Below, piece by piece: positions 18,585 to 29,789 of a stretch of 64,000 nucleotides of DNA. The notes beneath the pieces are model-generated. The model had not been told where the DNA came from, ran no database searches, and saw only the letters and a list, made by a program, of their open reading frames with translations. Numbering within the stretch: the stretch's first letter is position 1; every line of letters begins with the position of its first letter. Source of the stretch: an uncultured Candidatus Saccharibacteria bacterium (GTDB lineage: Bacteria > Patescibacteriota > Minisyncoccia > Phycocordibacterales > Phycocordibacteraceae); NCBI GenBank assembly GCA_964391975.1, contig CAYMNZ010000001.1, forward strand, positions 132,465-196,464, in the 5' to 3' direction. A program made the position numbers and the translations under genes.

Positions 18585-18648
18585 TAGTCCCACTATATAC
18601 AAAAACTGCTGCCCGTAAAATCGTCAAAAGCATTGCTATACTTTTCTC

Positions 18649-19188
18649 ATGTCTGACAAACGACCTAAATTACCAGGCGAGGTACGAAAACTGGACCGCA
18701 TTAGTATCGGCTATGATTGGGAACAAGTCACCGGTTCCGAAGCGCAGGCTGCCGAGTACTGGAGGGCACTCAACGAAGCATTTACACGAGCGGGAATCGA
18801 ATTTCCTAAGGACGGGAAGGTCGTTGAATTTGGGACGGGCGGCGGGCTCTTTCTCAAGCATCTTCTCAAGGAAGGTGTTGATGCCGTCGGTGTCGATGTA
18901 CGCCCTCGACATTCGGGAGATCTACCAGTTGCTCGGGCGCGTATCGAGGAACTGCCATTTGCAAATGGTCAATTCCGTTTGGCCGTATCGACCATGATAT
19001 TTGACGAGCGCGTTTACAAACAGAAAGTCTATAGGATGCTTTCGGAAATAGACCGCGTACTCGAACCAGGCGGCTTCTACGCCGCGCGTGAGTCGCACCT
19101 GAACAAGCACCTCCAACCTCCGTACCTCACCCGCATCGTACGTCCCCTGACGCAACACGAGTTCGCCCTATACCGTAAGGACACTTAG
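18649..19188 (+). CDS. Class I SAM-dependent methyltransferase
   Basis: VVEFGTGGG, VGVD, IEELPF, RVLEPGG. Confidence 0.85.
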   Translation: MSDKRPKLPGEVRKLDRISIGYDWEQVTGSEAQAAEYWRALNEAFTRAGIEFPKDGKVVEFGTGGGLFLKHLLKEGVDAVGVDVRPRHSGDLPVARARIEELPFANGQFRLAVSTMIFDERVYKQKVYRMLSEIDRVLEPGGFYAARESHLNKHLQPPYLTRIVRPLTQHEFALYRKDT

Positions 19189-21095
19189 ACTCCGATCAAG
19201 ACGGGAATCACCATCGGCGTCTTGTTGGTCCTCGTGAAGAGGAAGCCAGACATCGTGTCCGTAATGGTGTTCTTCACGTAGTCGAGGTCAACCGGGTTCA
19301 TTCCCTCAGTTGAGTCTTCCACGGTCTTCTTGATGAGAAGACGAGCCTGGTTTAAGAGGTCCTGGCTCTCACGAAGGTAGATGAACCCGCGAGAGATGAT
19401 ATCCGGAGACTTCCGGAGCTTTCCAGTCTTAAGGTTAATCGTCGCGATGATGACGAACATACCGTCCTTGGCGAGTGCCTGGCGGTCACGGATGACCACT
19501 TCCTGCATGTCGCCAATGGAGAAGCCGTCGACCACAAGTGGGGAAGACGGAACCTTCTGCTTGTGAACGTTAAGCGTCTTACCATCAATCATGTCGATAA
19601 CGGTACCGTTGTCAGCGATGATGATTGACTCGCGGTCGCGTCCAGCCTGTTCGACTGCCTTCGCGTGGCAGGCGGTCATCGAGTAGTAGCCGTAGGCAGG
19701 CATGAAGAACTTGGCGTTCACCTGCTTGTTAATCCACACAAGCTCTCCGGTGTTTCCGTGTCCGGTTGAGTGCACGTCCGAAGAGCGGTAGTGGATGAGG
19801 GAGGCACCGTTGCGGTAGAGGTTGTCCTTTAGCTTCTGGACGTTGATTTCGTTACCTGGAATAACCGAGGACGAGAGCACCACCGTGTCGCGAGGACTAA
19901 GGGTGATGTTCTTGTGCTGCTTGGTTGCGATACGCATAAGAGCAGCGAACTCCTCACCCTGGGCACCGGTTGCAAGCACCACAATCTTGTCAGCAGGGTA
20001 GTCACCAATCTCCTGTACGGGAATGACGGTGTCCTTAGCGACCTTGAGAAGACCCGTTTTCTGGGCAATCTCGAGGTTCACCTTCATAGAGCGGCCTTCG
20101 GTCACGACCTTCTTGCCGAGCTTCTCTGCCGTCTCGATGATGTGAATCATGCGCTCGAACTGGGAAGCGAAGGTACCGATGATAAGGCGGCCCTGCACGG
20201 TCTTCACAATGCCCTCGAGGGTCTCATGCACGCGGCGCTCAGGAATAGAGAAGCCGTCGCGCTCTGCGTTGGTTGAGTCCGCGATGAAGAGAAGGTTGTT
20301 GTCCTTACCAAGGTCACCCCACTTCTTCTTCTCGTGGTCCATAGGCTCGCCGTTCTCGTGGTCGAGCTTAAGGTCTCCCGTAATCACGACGTTACCGTAC
20401 GGACTCTGGATGGAAACACCCATGGAGTCAGGAATCGAGTGGGTCACGGGGAAGAACTTCACCTTGGTGTTGCCGATGGTCATGGTTGAGTTTGGCTCAA
20501 CGACGACGAGGTTCGGACGAGGCATCTCTGGATATTCCTCCTGGCGCTTCGCAATCATGACCGCCGTCAGGTTCTGGGTGTAGATAGGCGGGTTGCCCAT
20601 GCGACCGATGAGGAACGGGATACCACCGATGTGGTCGAGGTGACCGTGTGTGATGATGATGCCGCGGATGCGGTCAACGTTCTTTTCTAGGTACTTGGTA
20701 TTCGGAAGTACGTAGTCGAGACCTGGAGCATCGGTCTCAGACATAAACTGGAAGCCCACGTCGAGCACGAAGATGTCGCCGTTAGCTTCAATGGCACACA
20801 TGTTGCGTCCCACCTCTTCGACGCCGCCGAGTGGAATCACGCGGACAACGTTCTCGGCTGGTTTCTCCGGATAATATTCGGGCACGGTTTTTGTAGGAGC
20901 GCTTCCTCCGTTTGAAGGGGAGCGGTGCATCGGGCGACGAGAGTCCCGTCCCCGACCTCCTCCGGCTCCGCCGCGTCCACGGCCACCGCGGAAGGCGGGG
21001 CGTGCGTCACGAGGGCGCTCGCCTCCTTGGCGAGGCTCTGGAGAGGGTCCTGGGCCGTGTGAGGGCGCCGGGGCAGGTGCTGGTGCTGAAGTCAT
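19185..21095 (-). CDS. rnj: Ribonuclease J with Pro/RGG-rich N-terminal extension
   Basis: PLGGVEEVGRN, THGHLDHIG, HSIPD, DSTNA, HSTGH, PDIISRGF. Confidence 0.95.
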   Translation of the reverse strand: MTSAPAPAPAPSHGPGPSPEPRQGGERPRDARPAFRGGRGRGGAGGGRGRDSRRPMHRSPSNGGSAPTKTVPEYYPEKPAENVVRVIPLGGVEEVGRNMCAIEANGDIFVLDVGFQFMSETDAPGLDYVLPNTKYLEKNVDRIRGIIITHGHLDHIGGIPFLIGRMGNPPIYTQNLTAVMIAKRQEEYPEMPRPNLVVVEPNSTMTIGNTKVKFFPVTHSIPDSMGVSIQSPYGNVVITGDLKLDHENGEPMDHEKKKWGDLGKDNNLLFIADSTNAERDGFSIPERRVHETLEGIVKTVQGRLIIGTFASQFERMIHIIETAEKLGKKVVTEGRSMKVNLEIAQKTGLLKVAKDTVIPVQEIGDYPADKIVVLATGAQGEEFAALMRIATKQHKNITLSPRDTVVLSSSVIPGNEINVQKLKDNLYRNGASLIHYRSSDVHSTGHGNTGELVWINKQVNAKFFMPAYGYYSMTACHAKAVEQAGRDRESIIIADNGTVIDMIDGKTLNVHKQKVPSSPLVVDGFSIGDMQEVVIRDRQALAKDGMFVIIATINLKTGKLRKSPDIISRGFIYLRESQDLLNQARLLIKKTVEDSTEGMNPVDLDYVKNTITDTMSGFLFTRTNKTPMVIPVLIGV

Positions 21096-21183
21096 AGTTG
21101 ATTAGTTAGTAGAGATAAGTAGTTAGTAAGAGAATACCGCAAACAGTAGGAAGTGGGCAAAGTGTTGATATACCCACTACCTT

Positions 21184-22905
21184 CTACTTACGGGAAAACA
21201 CACTCCACACGAGCTCGGTCCGACGATACCAATGTGCCACCGTGGCAAGTCGGTCCGAGGGTGCCGCAACCCGTGAGAGCACCACGCCCTGCAACCCCTC
21301 TGGCACCGCGTAGAGGAAGTCCGGCGCGTGCGTGAAGGCCGCTGGGTAATCAGCCTTGATGAGTGCATTCAACTTCGCTAGGTCCTCCGAACGTGCTGCC
21401 TGGTCGGTCTCCTCGCGGATTTGCACCAGAAGAGCGTCAACGGCCGGGTTAGTGTACATAGCGATGTTGAGTCCCGGGTCATTGCGCTCGGATGAGTTCC
21501 AGAACGCAAAGAGGTCCTGATCGCGACCCACCACCATGCCAAACAGGAGCGCCTCATACTTGCGAGGACGAATGACGCTCTGTGTGAGATCTCCTGGCTC
21601 GTAAAGTTCGATGGAAACCGGAACCCCAAGACGCTCCCAATCGTCTTTCACTGCAGAGGCCACCGCCTTGAGCTCAGGGACGTTTGAGGTCTTCACGGTT
21701 ACCGTGAGCTCAAGCTTCTGCTTTGCTTGCTTCCAAAGTCTTGCTTCCTCGTCATACTCCCATCCTCCGTCTTCAAGAACCCCAGACGCCGCTGCGAGGC
21801 GCTCCTCCGGGGTAAGGGAAGTTGCCTCACTCGGTGCAAGACTTCCCGGAGGAACAGGGCCCTCGGCAGGAGTTGCATATCCTCCGAGAATGTTTTCGAT
21901 GAGTGCGTCGCGGTCGGTGGCAATGGAGAGCGCCTTCCGTACCTCGAGGCGATTGAAGAGCGGATTCTCATTTCCATTAAAGAACACACCGAAGACCCTG
22001 GAGTAGGGAGCCGAGAGCGCGTCCTTGGTTGGAATGCCGTAAGCGCTCTCTACACGACCGTTGCGAAGCGCGTTCTCAAGGTCCTCCTTTTGTGCGAAGA
22101 ACACGAAGGTAATCTGGTCGAGGTACGGGCGCCCGAGCGTGTAGTGAGGATTTGCAGTGAGTACATATTTTTCAATCGTTCCATTGCCGCCACGAACGAC
22201 GTTTGACACCTTGAACGGTCCGGCACCCACCGGCTTCTCCATTCTTGGAGAGAAGGGGAACTGCTCGGTCGCGACATCGCGCCACAAGTTCGCCGGGAGG
22301 ATGCCCAACGTTGCATCTTCAAGGAACGGAGCATACGGCTTTGGGAGTGTGAAGGAGACGGTGCGAGAATCTATGACCTCCACCAGCACATTCGCCCAGT
22401 TGGCGAGCTCAGGACTCTTGAGTGCAGGGTCCTGTGCCTTAGCTACGGTGAATGCGATATCTTCGGCGGTGACATTCTTTCCGTCGGAGAACTTTGCGTT
22501 CTCACGAAGCGTGAAGGTGTAGGTTTTACCGTCTTCAGAGACAAGGTAGGACTCGGCAAGTACGGGAATAAGCTCACCGTTCTCTCCGATTCCCATGAGC
22601 CCAGCGTAGGTAAGGCGCGCAAGATCACGGTCAGCATCAGAGAGCGCAAGCAGCGGATTTACAAAGCGCGGGCTCCCGAGCACTCCTTCGGTGAGGGAGC
22701 CTCCATTGGAGGGCTCTTCTATGAGAAATGAGCGCTCAAGCGCATAGAGACCGGCAAGACCGGAAAGGATAACGAGGCAGCCGAGCGTCGTTGCAATAAA
22801 ACGGTCGCCTGGGGTAAGGCGATTGATACGTGACGAAAGGGCCGCTATCGGCGGAGTAACGAAACGCTTAACGCTCGAAAAGAGACGTGAAAGCCAATGG
22901 GGCAT
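21184..22905 (-). CDS. Peptide ABC transporter substrate-binding protein (family 5)
   Basis: LAESY.VSEDGKTYTFTLR..AKFSDG, PVGAGPF; start set at MPHWLS. Confidence 0.88.
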   Translation of the reverse strand: MPHWLSRLFSSVKRFVTPPIAALSSRINRLTPGDRFIATTLGCLVILSGLAGLYALERSFLIEEPSNGGSLTEGVLGSPRFVNPLLALSDADRDLARLTYAGLMGIGENGELIPVLAESYLVSEDGKTYTFTLRENAKFSDGKNVTAEDIAFTVAKAQDPALKSPELANWANVLVEVIDSRTVSFTLPKPYAPFLEDATLGILPANLWRDVATEQFPFSPRMEKPVGAGPFKVSNVVRGGNGTIEKYVLTANPHYTLGRPYLDQITFVFFAQKEDLENALRNGRVESAYGIPTKDALSAPYSRVFGVFFNGNENPLFNRLEVRKALSIATDRDALIENILGGYATPAEGPVPPGSLAPSEATSLTPEERLAAASGVLEDGGWEYDEEARLWKQAKQKLELTVTVKTSNVPELKAVASAVKDDWERLGVPVSIELYEPGDLTQSVIRPRKYEALLFGMVVGRDQDLFAFWNSSERNDPGLNIAMYTNPAVDALLVQIREETDQAARSEDLAKLNALIKADYPAAFTHAPDFLYAVPEGLQGVVLSRVAAPSDRLATVAHWYRRTELVWSVFSRK

Positions 22906-22915
22906 GGGTGTGGAT

Positions 22916-23146
22916 TCAGATGAGGAATCCAGCGATAGCCGAAAGTACGAACAGTACTGCAATCACAATAGTCGCGTTGAAAAGGAATTTCTCCGCGCCA
23001 CGGCGTTTGTAGAACGTCGCTGCGAAATTGTCCCCTCCGAATGCTCCTCCGAGTCCGGCGCCGCGCTGTTGAAGCACGATGCCGATAATGAGGAGAAGGG
23101 AGAGGGTTATCTCGATATAGGGCAATGTCGCCTTGAGTGTCTCCAT
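22916..23146 (-). CDS. secG: Preprotein translocase subunit SecG
   Basis: LQQRGAGLGGAFGG, RRGAEK; two TMs. Confidence 0.92.
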   Translation of the reverse strand: METLKATLPYIEITLSLLLIIGIVLQQRGAGLGGAFGGDNFAATFYKRRGAEKFLFNATIVIAVLFVLSAIAGFLI

Positions 23147-23175
23147 CTGTAGCCCCGAGGATACCACCCGGGAGG

Positions 23176-23367
23176 CTAGGCGGCAAGCTGGTTTGAGCAG
23201 CGCTTCACGGCGTCAATAAAGACGTTTAGGAGCGAGAGGTAGGCCTTCGGGTCCTTCTCGCGCATGATGCGCAGTTCCGACTCAAGCTGGAGCGCCATCT
23301 GCTGGCGTTCTTCTTGGGTCAGGTTCTCACCGTCCCGTATCTTGTCGATAAGTCTCTGGAGTTCCAT
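23176..23367 (-). CDS. Small helical hypothetical protein
   Basis: 63-aa ORF lying 1 nt after the upstream gene on the same strand. Confidence 0.55.
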   Translation of the reverse strand: MELQRLIDKIRDGENLTQEERQQMALQLESELRIMREKDPKAYLSLLNVFIDAVKRCSNQLAA

Positions 23368-23368
23368 A

Positions 23369-23830
23369 TCAGGTGTTCTTGGCCTGGCGCTCTACCTGCC
23401 CAGCCTTGCGCTGGAACTCGAGGTCATTAGCAAGTCCTCGAAGCGCAAAAATGAGCGCAATGACGCCAGCGACGGCCGCGAGCGAGGTCGGACCGGAGAG
23501 TGCGGACAGTGCCTCCTCCGGCTTCTCGAGCGCCTGCCGCACCCCCACGAGCTCGACGCCTCCTCCGGTAAGGAGAGCGGTGATGATGCCGAGCACGTTC
23601 TGGACGTTCACGTTGCTGTGCTTCTCTTTCTGCGCATCAAGCGTCGTCTCGAGTTCCTTGAGTGCGGCCAGTTTGCGCTCCTGCTCCTCGGGCGTAAGGT
23701 CCGCCGCCTTAATCGCTGCCACCTGTTCGGAGAGTGCGGTAATGGCCGCGAGCATCTGTCGCTCGGTTTCCTTGACGTCCCCGCGCTCGTGCGAGTCCTT
23801 GATTTTGTCGAGCACCTCGTTGAGTCCCAT
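23369..23830 (-). CDS. Hypothetical protein (coiled coil plus two hydrophobic segments)
   Basis: ORF with TACAAT 6 nt before ATG 23830. Confidence 0.6.
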   Translation of the reverse strand: MGLNEVLDKIKDSHERGDVKETERQMLAAITALSEQVAAIKAADLTPEEQERKLAALKELETTLDAQKEKHSNVNVQNVLGIITALLTGGGVELVGVRQALEKPEEALSALSGPTSLAAVAGVIALIFALRGLANDLEFQRKAGQVERQAKNT

Positions 23831-23850
23831 ACCCGCATTGTACCCCGGAC

Positions 23851-23879
23851 TTGCGGTGGGTTGTGCACGCGAATATACT
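23851..23879 (+). promoter_or_regulatory. Sigma70-like promoter of groESL
   Basis: TTGCGG-17nt-TATACT. Confidence 0.5.
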
Positions 23880-23946
23880 GCGAGCAACTCCGGGGGCACC
23901 GGACTGGGCGTTCAAAAACACAGGTTATTAGCTAAGCCTTTTCACT

Positions 23947-25898
<1,952 letters not shown>

Positions 25899-25900
25899 AC

Positions 25901-25928
25901 CAAAAGCCCCACGGAAGTGGGGTTTTTG
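25901..25928 (+). terminator. Intrinsic terminator after groEL
   Basis: AAAAGCCCCAC-GGAA-GTGGGGTTTTT. Confidence 0.85.
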
Positions 25929-25957
25929 CTATAATAAAAGGACTAACCCACACAGAC

Positions 25958-26518
25958 ATGACTATCCTTTGGATTGTGCTCGGAATTGTTGCCCTTATCG
26001 TTATTTGGGTCATCGCCGCTTTCAACGGCTTTATTACGCTCGTTAACCGCGCCAAGGAAGCGTGGAGCGACATCGAAGTGCAGATGAAGCGTCGCTACGA
26101 TCTTATCCCGAACCTTATTGAGACGGTGAAGGGATATGCTGCACACGAGAAGCAGGCGTTTGAGAACGTCAGCAACGCGCGCGCTGCCGCTATGGGTGCT
26201 CAGTCAGTTGAAGAGCACGGCAAGGCAGAGAACATGCTCACCGGTGCCCTCAAGTCCATCTTCGCTATTGCTGAAGCGTATCCAGACCTCAAAGCGAACA
26301 CCAACTTCCTTGAGCTCCAGCGCGAACTCTCTGACACTGAGAACAAGATTCAGGCTGCACGCCGCTTCTACAACCAGACGGTGATGGCGCTCAACACTGG
26401 ACTCCAGCAGTTCCCAGGTAACATCGTCGGCGGAATGTTTGGCTTCAAGGAGCGCGAGTTCTTCGAGCTTGCTGAGGATGAGCAGGCAGCAAAGAACCCG
26501 GTAAAAGTCGCGTTCTAA
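25958..26518 (+). CDS. lemA: LemA family protein
   Basis: N-terminal TM, KRRYDLIPNL, EAYPDLKAN, ENKIQAARRFYN. Confidence 0.95.
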   Translation: MTILWIVLGIVALIVIWVIAAFNGFITLVNRAKEAWSDIEVQMKRRYDLIPNLIETVKGYAAHEKQAFENVSNARAAAMGAQSVEEHGKAENMLTGALKSIFAIAEAYPDLKANTNFLELQRELSDTENKIQAARRFYNQTVMALNTGLQQFPGNIVGGMFGFKEREFFELAEDEQAAKNPVKVAF

Positions 26519-26520
26519 GG

Positions 26521-27426
26521 ATGTCGAACCTTTACCAGGAGCGAAGTAATAACGTTGCGAGAACCTGGGCACTCATGCTCGGGTTCTTCCTGGTGGTCAT
26601 AGCTATCGGTTGGGCTATCTCCTGGTACTACGGGGATGTTTCTATCCTCTATATAGCGGTAGGGCTCGCGCTCGTTATGAACGTAGGAAGCTACTGGTTC
26701 TCCGACAAGATTGTGCTCTCGATGACGGGAGCCAAGCCAGCGAGCCGTGAAGAATACTTTGACCTCTACACGATCACCGAAAACCTCTCTATCACCGCAG
26801 GCATCCCAATGCCGAAGCTCTATGTCGTCGAGGACCCAGCTCCGAATGCATTTGCTACCGGTCGCGATGAGAAGCATGCGGTAGTTGCCGCAACGACGGG
26901 ACTTCTTGCAGCGCTCAATCGCACGGAGCTTGAGGGCGTGATTGCGCACGAACTCTCACACATCCAGAACAAAGACATGCTCGTCATGACGGTTGCGGTG
27001 GTGCTTGCGGGAGTGGTCGCCATTGTCGCGGACATTTTCCTTCGCATGTCATTGCATGGTGGCGGTAATCGAGACAACGGGAAGGCGGGCATTATTTTTG
27101 CAGTACTCGCGATTGTTGCAATTATCCTTGCACCAATTGCAGCGCAGCTCATCAAGCTCGCCATCTCCCGCAGACGCGAATATCTTGCCGACGCTTCAGG
27201 CGCGCTCCTCACTCGCTACCCAGATGGTCTCGCGTCAGCACTCCAGAAGATAAGTGCGTACGCTGGTCCCATGAAGAAAGCTAATCACGCCACTGCGCAC
27301 CTCTTTATAGCTAATCCCTTTGGGGCTCAGGCAGGGAAGTTCGTAAACAAGCTTTTTGCCACCCACCCTCCAGTGGAAGACCGCGTTCTACGCCTGCTTG
27401 GTAGCAGGCCTGCAGAAGTGGTATAA
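26521..27426 (+). CDS. htpX: M48 zinc protease HtpX
   Basis: PNAFATG, HELSH, SRRREYLAD, FATHPP. Confidence 0.93.
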   Translation: MSNLYQERSNNVARTWALMLGFFLVVIAIGWAISWYYGDVSILYIAVGLALVMNVGSYWFSDKIVLSMTGAKPASREEYFDLYTITENLSITAGIPMPKLYVVEDPAPNAFATGRDEKHAVVAATTGLLAALNRTELEGVIAHELSHIQNKDMLVMTVAVVLAGVVAIVADIFLRMSLHGGGNRDNGKAGIIFAVLAIVAIILAPIAAQLIKLAISRRREYLADASGALLTRYPDGLASALQKISAYAGPMKKANHATAHLFIANPFGAQAGKFVNKLFATHPPVEDRVLRLLGSRPAEVV

Positions 27427-27435
27427 CGGCTCTAC

Positions 27436-27523
27436 GGAGGCGTCGCATAGTGGTCTAGTGCGCACGCTTGGAAAGCGTGTGAACCGCAAGGTTCCGAGAG
27501 TTCGAATCTCTCCGCCTCCGCCA
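27436..27523 (+). tRNA. tRNA-Ser(GGA)
   Basis: GGAGGCG/CGCCTCC acceptor, CACGC-TTGGAAA-GCGTG anticodon arm, long variable arm, encoded CCA. Confidence 0.96.
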
Positions 27524-27945
27524 TGAACATCACGGGAATCATCATTCTCATTCTCGCGGCTGTATTCTTTTTCAGTATCTACGCAGGTTCGGCCCCACAG
27601 GTAGCACCGGAGCAGGTAGCGCCGGAGAATGTAGAACAACCGTCTCCTACGCAGGAGACGCCCGTCGTGACCCAGGACCGGAACGTCTTTACAGGAACGC
27701 TCGAATCAATTCATGAGGGATGTTATTACGATGCGTCTTGCTATGCGGTGGTCAGCGGAGTACAGGTGACCGTACTTACGGGCCGTCGACAGGAAGAGGT
27801 CGGATCGGTAGTTGGTGTCGCATCTTTTGGTGACTTGAAAAAGTACATCGGTAGCCAAGTGGAGGTGTATGCGAAACCCACAGAGAAGGGATACACCCTC
27901 TATGGGAGCAAGGACTATTACCTACGCCTCAAATTTGGTACTTAG
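27523..27945 (+). CDS. Exported/membrane-anchored hypothetical protein
   Basis: Signal/TM, QVAPE repeat, C..DASC pair; the ATG shares the A of the tRNA CCA. Confidence 0.7.
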   Translation: MNITGIIILILAAVFFFSIYAGSAPQVAPEQVAPENVEQPSPTQETPVVTQDRNVFTGTLESIHEGCYYDASCYAVVSGVQVTVLTGRRQEEVGSVVGVASFGDLKKYIGSQVEVYAKPTEKGYTLYGSKDYYLRLKFGT

Positions 27946-27982
27946 CTCGAGTAGCCCGTTCTTTGAATGTTAGGATTGGACT

Positions 27983-29788
27983 ATGAGCACGCCTACTCGT
28001 ACCTGGTGGTTTCTCCTCGGTGTTGCCGTAGTGCTGGGTGTTTTGGTGTTTTTCGGCGTTAGTTCTATCGTGCCGGGGGAACACTTGGGTGCACAGCTTC
28101 TAAAGACGCTCTTCGCTGGACCAGGCGGCTGGTTGTTCCTGGTTCCGGGCGTTCTGTTAGCGTTTGTGTTCACGCGCATTAGTTTGCACAGAGGAAAAAA
28201 ACTCTTCTCAGAAGAACTCAAACCTATTGAGGCGTTTATTTTTGCTTGTGCAGTGTATCTCTTTCTCGTATACGCGTCGTACCTCATTCTGACGGGGGTA
28301 CTCTACTTTGCAGCAAGTGGCGCTGGTAGTGCTGGTTTTGTATTCGGATTGTTATTTGCATACGCAGTGACTGGGGCATTACCAACGCTATATCTGGGGT
28401 TCCTCGTAACGATGGCACTGATGCTTGTGGCGTTCCGGTCGCCGAGGCAGGAGCCCGGCACCGTGCGATCATCGTTGCTGCGTCGGGGATTCATCATTGC
28501 AGTCTTCCTCGTTTCTCTGTATGCACTGAACGCATTTGTTCCGATTGGTATGGCGCTGAACCAACCCTGGCTCTGCAACCTGGCCTATAGCAGCCGCGCC
28601 AAGGCTGAGTGTTTCCTTGATGCCCAATCACAAAGTACTGCTTCCTCTAAGTACACCGTCATCCAAACTGACTACAAACAAATTAAAAATCTCAAGGATG
28701 TTGGTGGCAAGTTGGCGTACGCTTTTGAGCGACATGACGGCACATCAGGTGTTGTGTACGACGGCCAGCTAGTGAGTGGGGCGTATGAAAAAGTAGGTAT
28801 TCTTCCTATCGCAGAGGTTGGCGGCACACTGGCATACGAAGCGTATAAGGACGGAAAACAGATTATCGTCTGGGACGGTAAGGAGTATGGGAACGAGTAC
28901 GACATAGCACTCAGCCCGACCGATGTCGGCGGAAAGCTCGCATTTCTCGCGCGGAGGGGCACGCGAGAAACCGGACTGCACCAATTCGTCGTCTGGGACG
29001 GCAAAGAGTATGGAACTCAGTTTCAGCAAGCTAACGATATTCGCGATTTTTCTGGCCAACCGCTATTCAAAGCGAAAGGAGCAAACGGCGATTATGTTGT
29101 CGTTGGCGATACAAGCTACGGCCCCTACGGCTATGTCAGTTCTCTGGTAGTACAAGACGGACACTGGGTAGCCAAAGGCGGCAACAATCCCACGTACTAC
29201 ATCGTTGACGGTGTGCTATCTGCGGTTCCCACAAACGATATCGGTCAGGGAGTCTTTGTGAACGATGAGTTCGCGTACGGAGCCGCATCTTTAGAGCACC
29301 CATTAATCATGTACCAGGGCAAAGAGGTTGGCAGAGCCGTTAACTCTGAAGGAGGACCCTTTGAGATTAATGGAAAGGTAGGGTATGTGGCTCTGCTCCC
29401 AGACAATAGAGCGCAGCTTATGGTAGACGGACAGCCGGTTGGTCCGGCCATAGCAGGCAGGGTTCATAACATAGCGGTTTCGGAAGGAGGGAGAGTAGCA
29501 ATCCAAGTCGAAGACGGTTCAAAGTGTAGTGCTGTTGGCGGAGCGGTATACCTTGATGGTGAAAAAGTGTATGAAGGCTGCACCAGCAATCCGTACGGCT
29601 TTTATGGGGAAAAGCTCTTGTTCTGGATAAAAGAAAACGGCATGTCGTTGCTATGGTACGACGGAGAGAAAATCGGTCATGGATTCTACGGCTTCAACTA
29701 CATCGAGCTTATAAACGGCAAGATCGCCATCGCTGCATTCGCATCAACGAACAAGGGCATAGAATATTCGTTGCTGCTTGAGCAATAG
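27983..29788 (+). CDS. Membrane protein with C-terminal beta-propeller-like repeat ectodomain
   Basis: About 5 TMs followed by repeats of vGGkLAy...vvwDGkeyG. Confidence 0.7.
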   Translation: MSTPTRTWWFLLGVAVVLGVLVFFGVSSIVPGEHLGAQLLKTLFAGPGGWLFLVPGVLLAFVFTRISLHRGKKLFSEELKPIEAFIFACAVYLFLVYASYLILTGVLYFAASGAGSAGFVFGLLFAYAVTGALPTLYLGFLVTMALMLVAFRSPRQEPGTVRSSLLRRGFIIAVFLVSLYALNAFVPIGMALNQPWLCNLAYSSRAKAECFLDAQSQSTASSKYTVIQTDYKQIKNLKDVGGKLAYAFERHDGTSGVVYDGQLVSGAYEKVGILPIAEVGGTLAYEAYKDGKQIIVWDGKEYGNEYDIALSPTDVGGKLAFLARRGTRETGLHQFVVWDGKEYGTQFQQANDIRDFSGQPLFKAKGANGDYVVVGDTSYGPYGYVSSLVVQDGHWVAKGGNNPTYYIVDGVLSAVPTNDIGQGVFVNDEFAYGAASLEHPLIMYQGKEVGRAVNSEGGPFEINGKVGYVALLPDNRAQLMVDGQPVGPAIAGRVHNIAVSEGGRVAIQVEDGSKCSAVGGAVYLDGEKVYEGCTSNPYGFYGEKLLFWIKENGMSLLWYDGEKIGHGFYGFNYIELINGKIAIAAFASTNKGIEYSLLLEQ

Positions 29789-29789
29789 T

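Noticed and set aside
23176-23188. CTAGGCGGCAAGC similar to the right half of site B
   Set aside because: Lacks the GGTTC-GAA half and is oriented opposite to the local genes; probably chance
23831-23946. CIRCE element upstream of groES
   Set aside because: No TTAGCACTC-N9-GAGTGCTAA present
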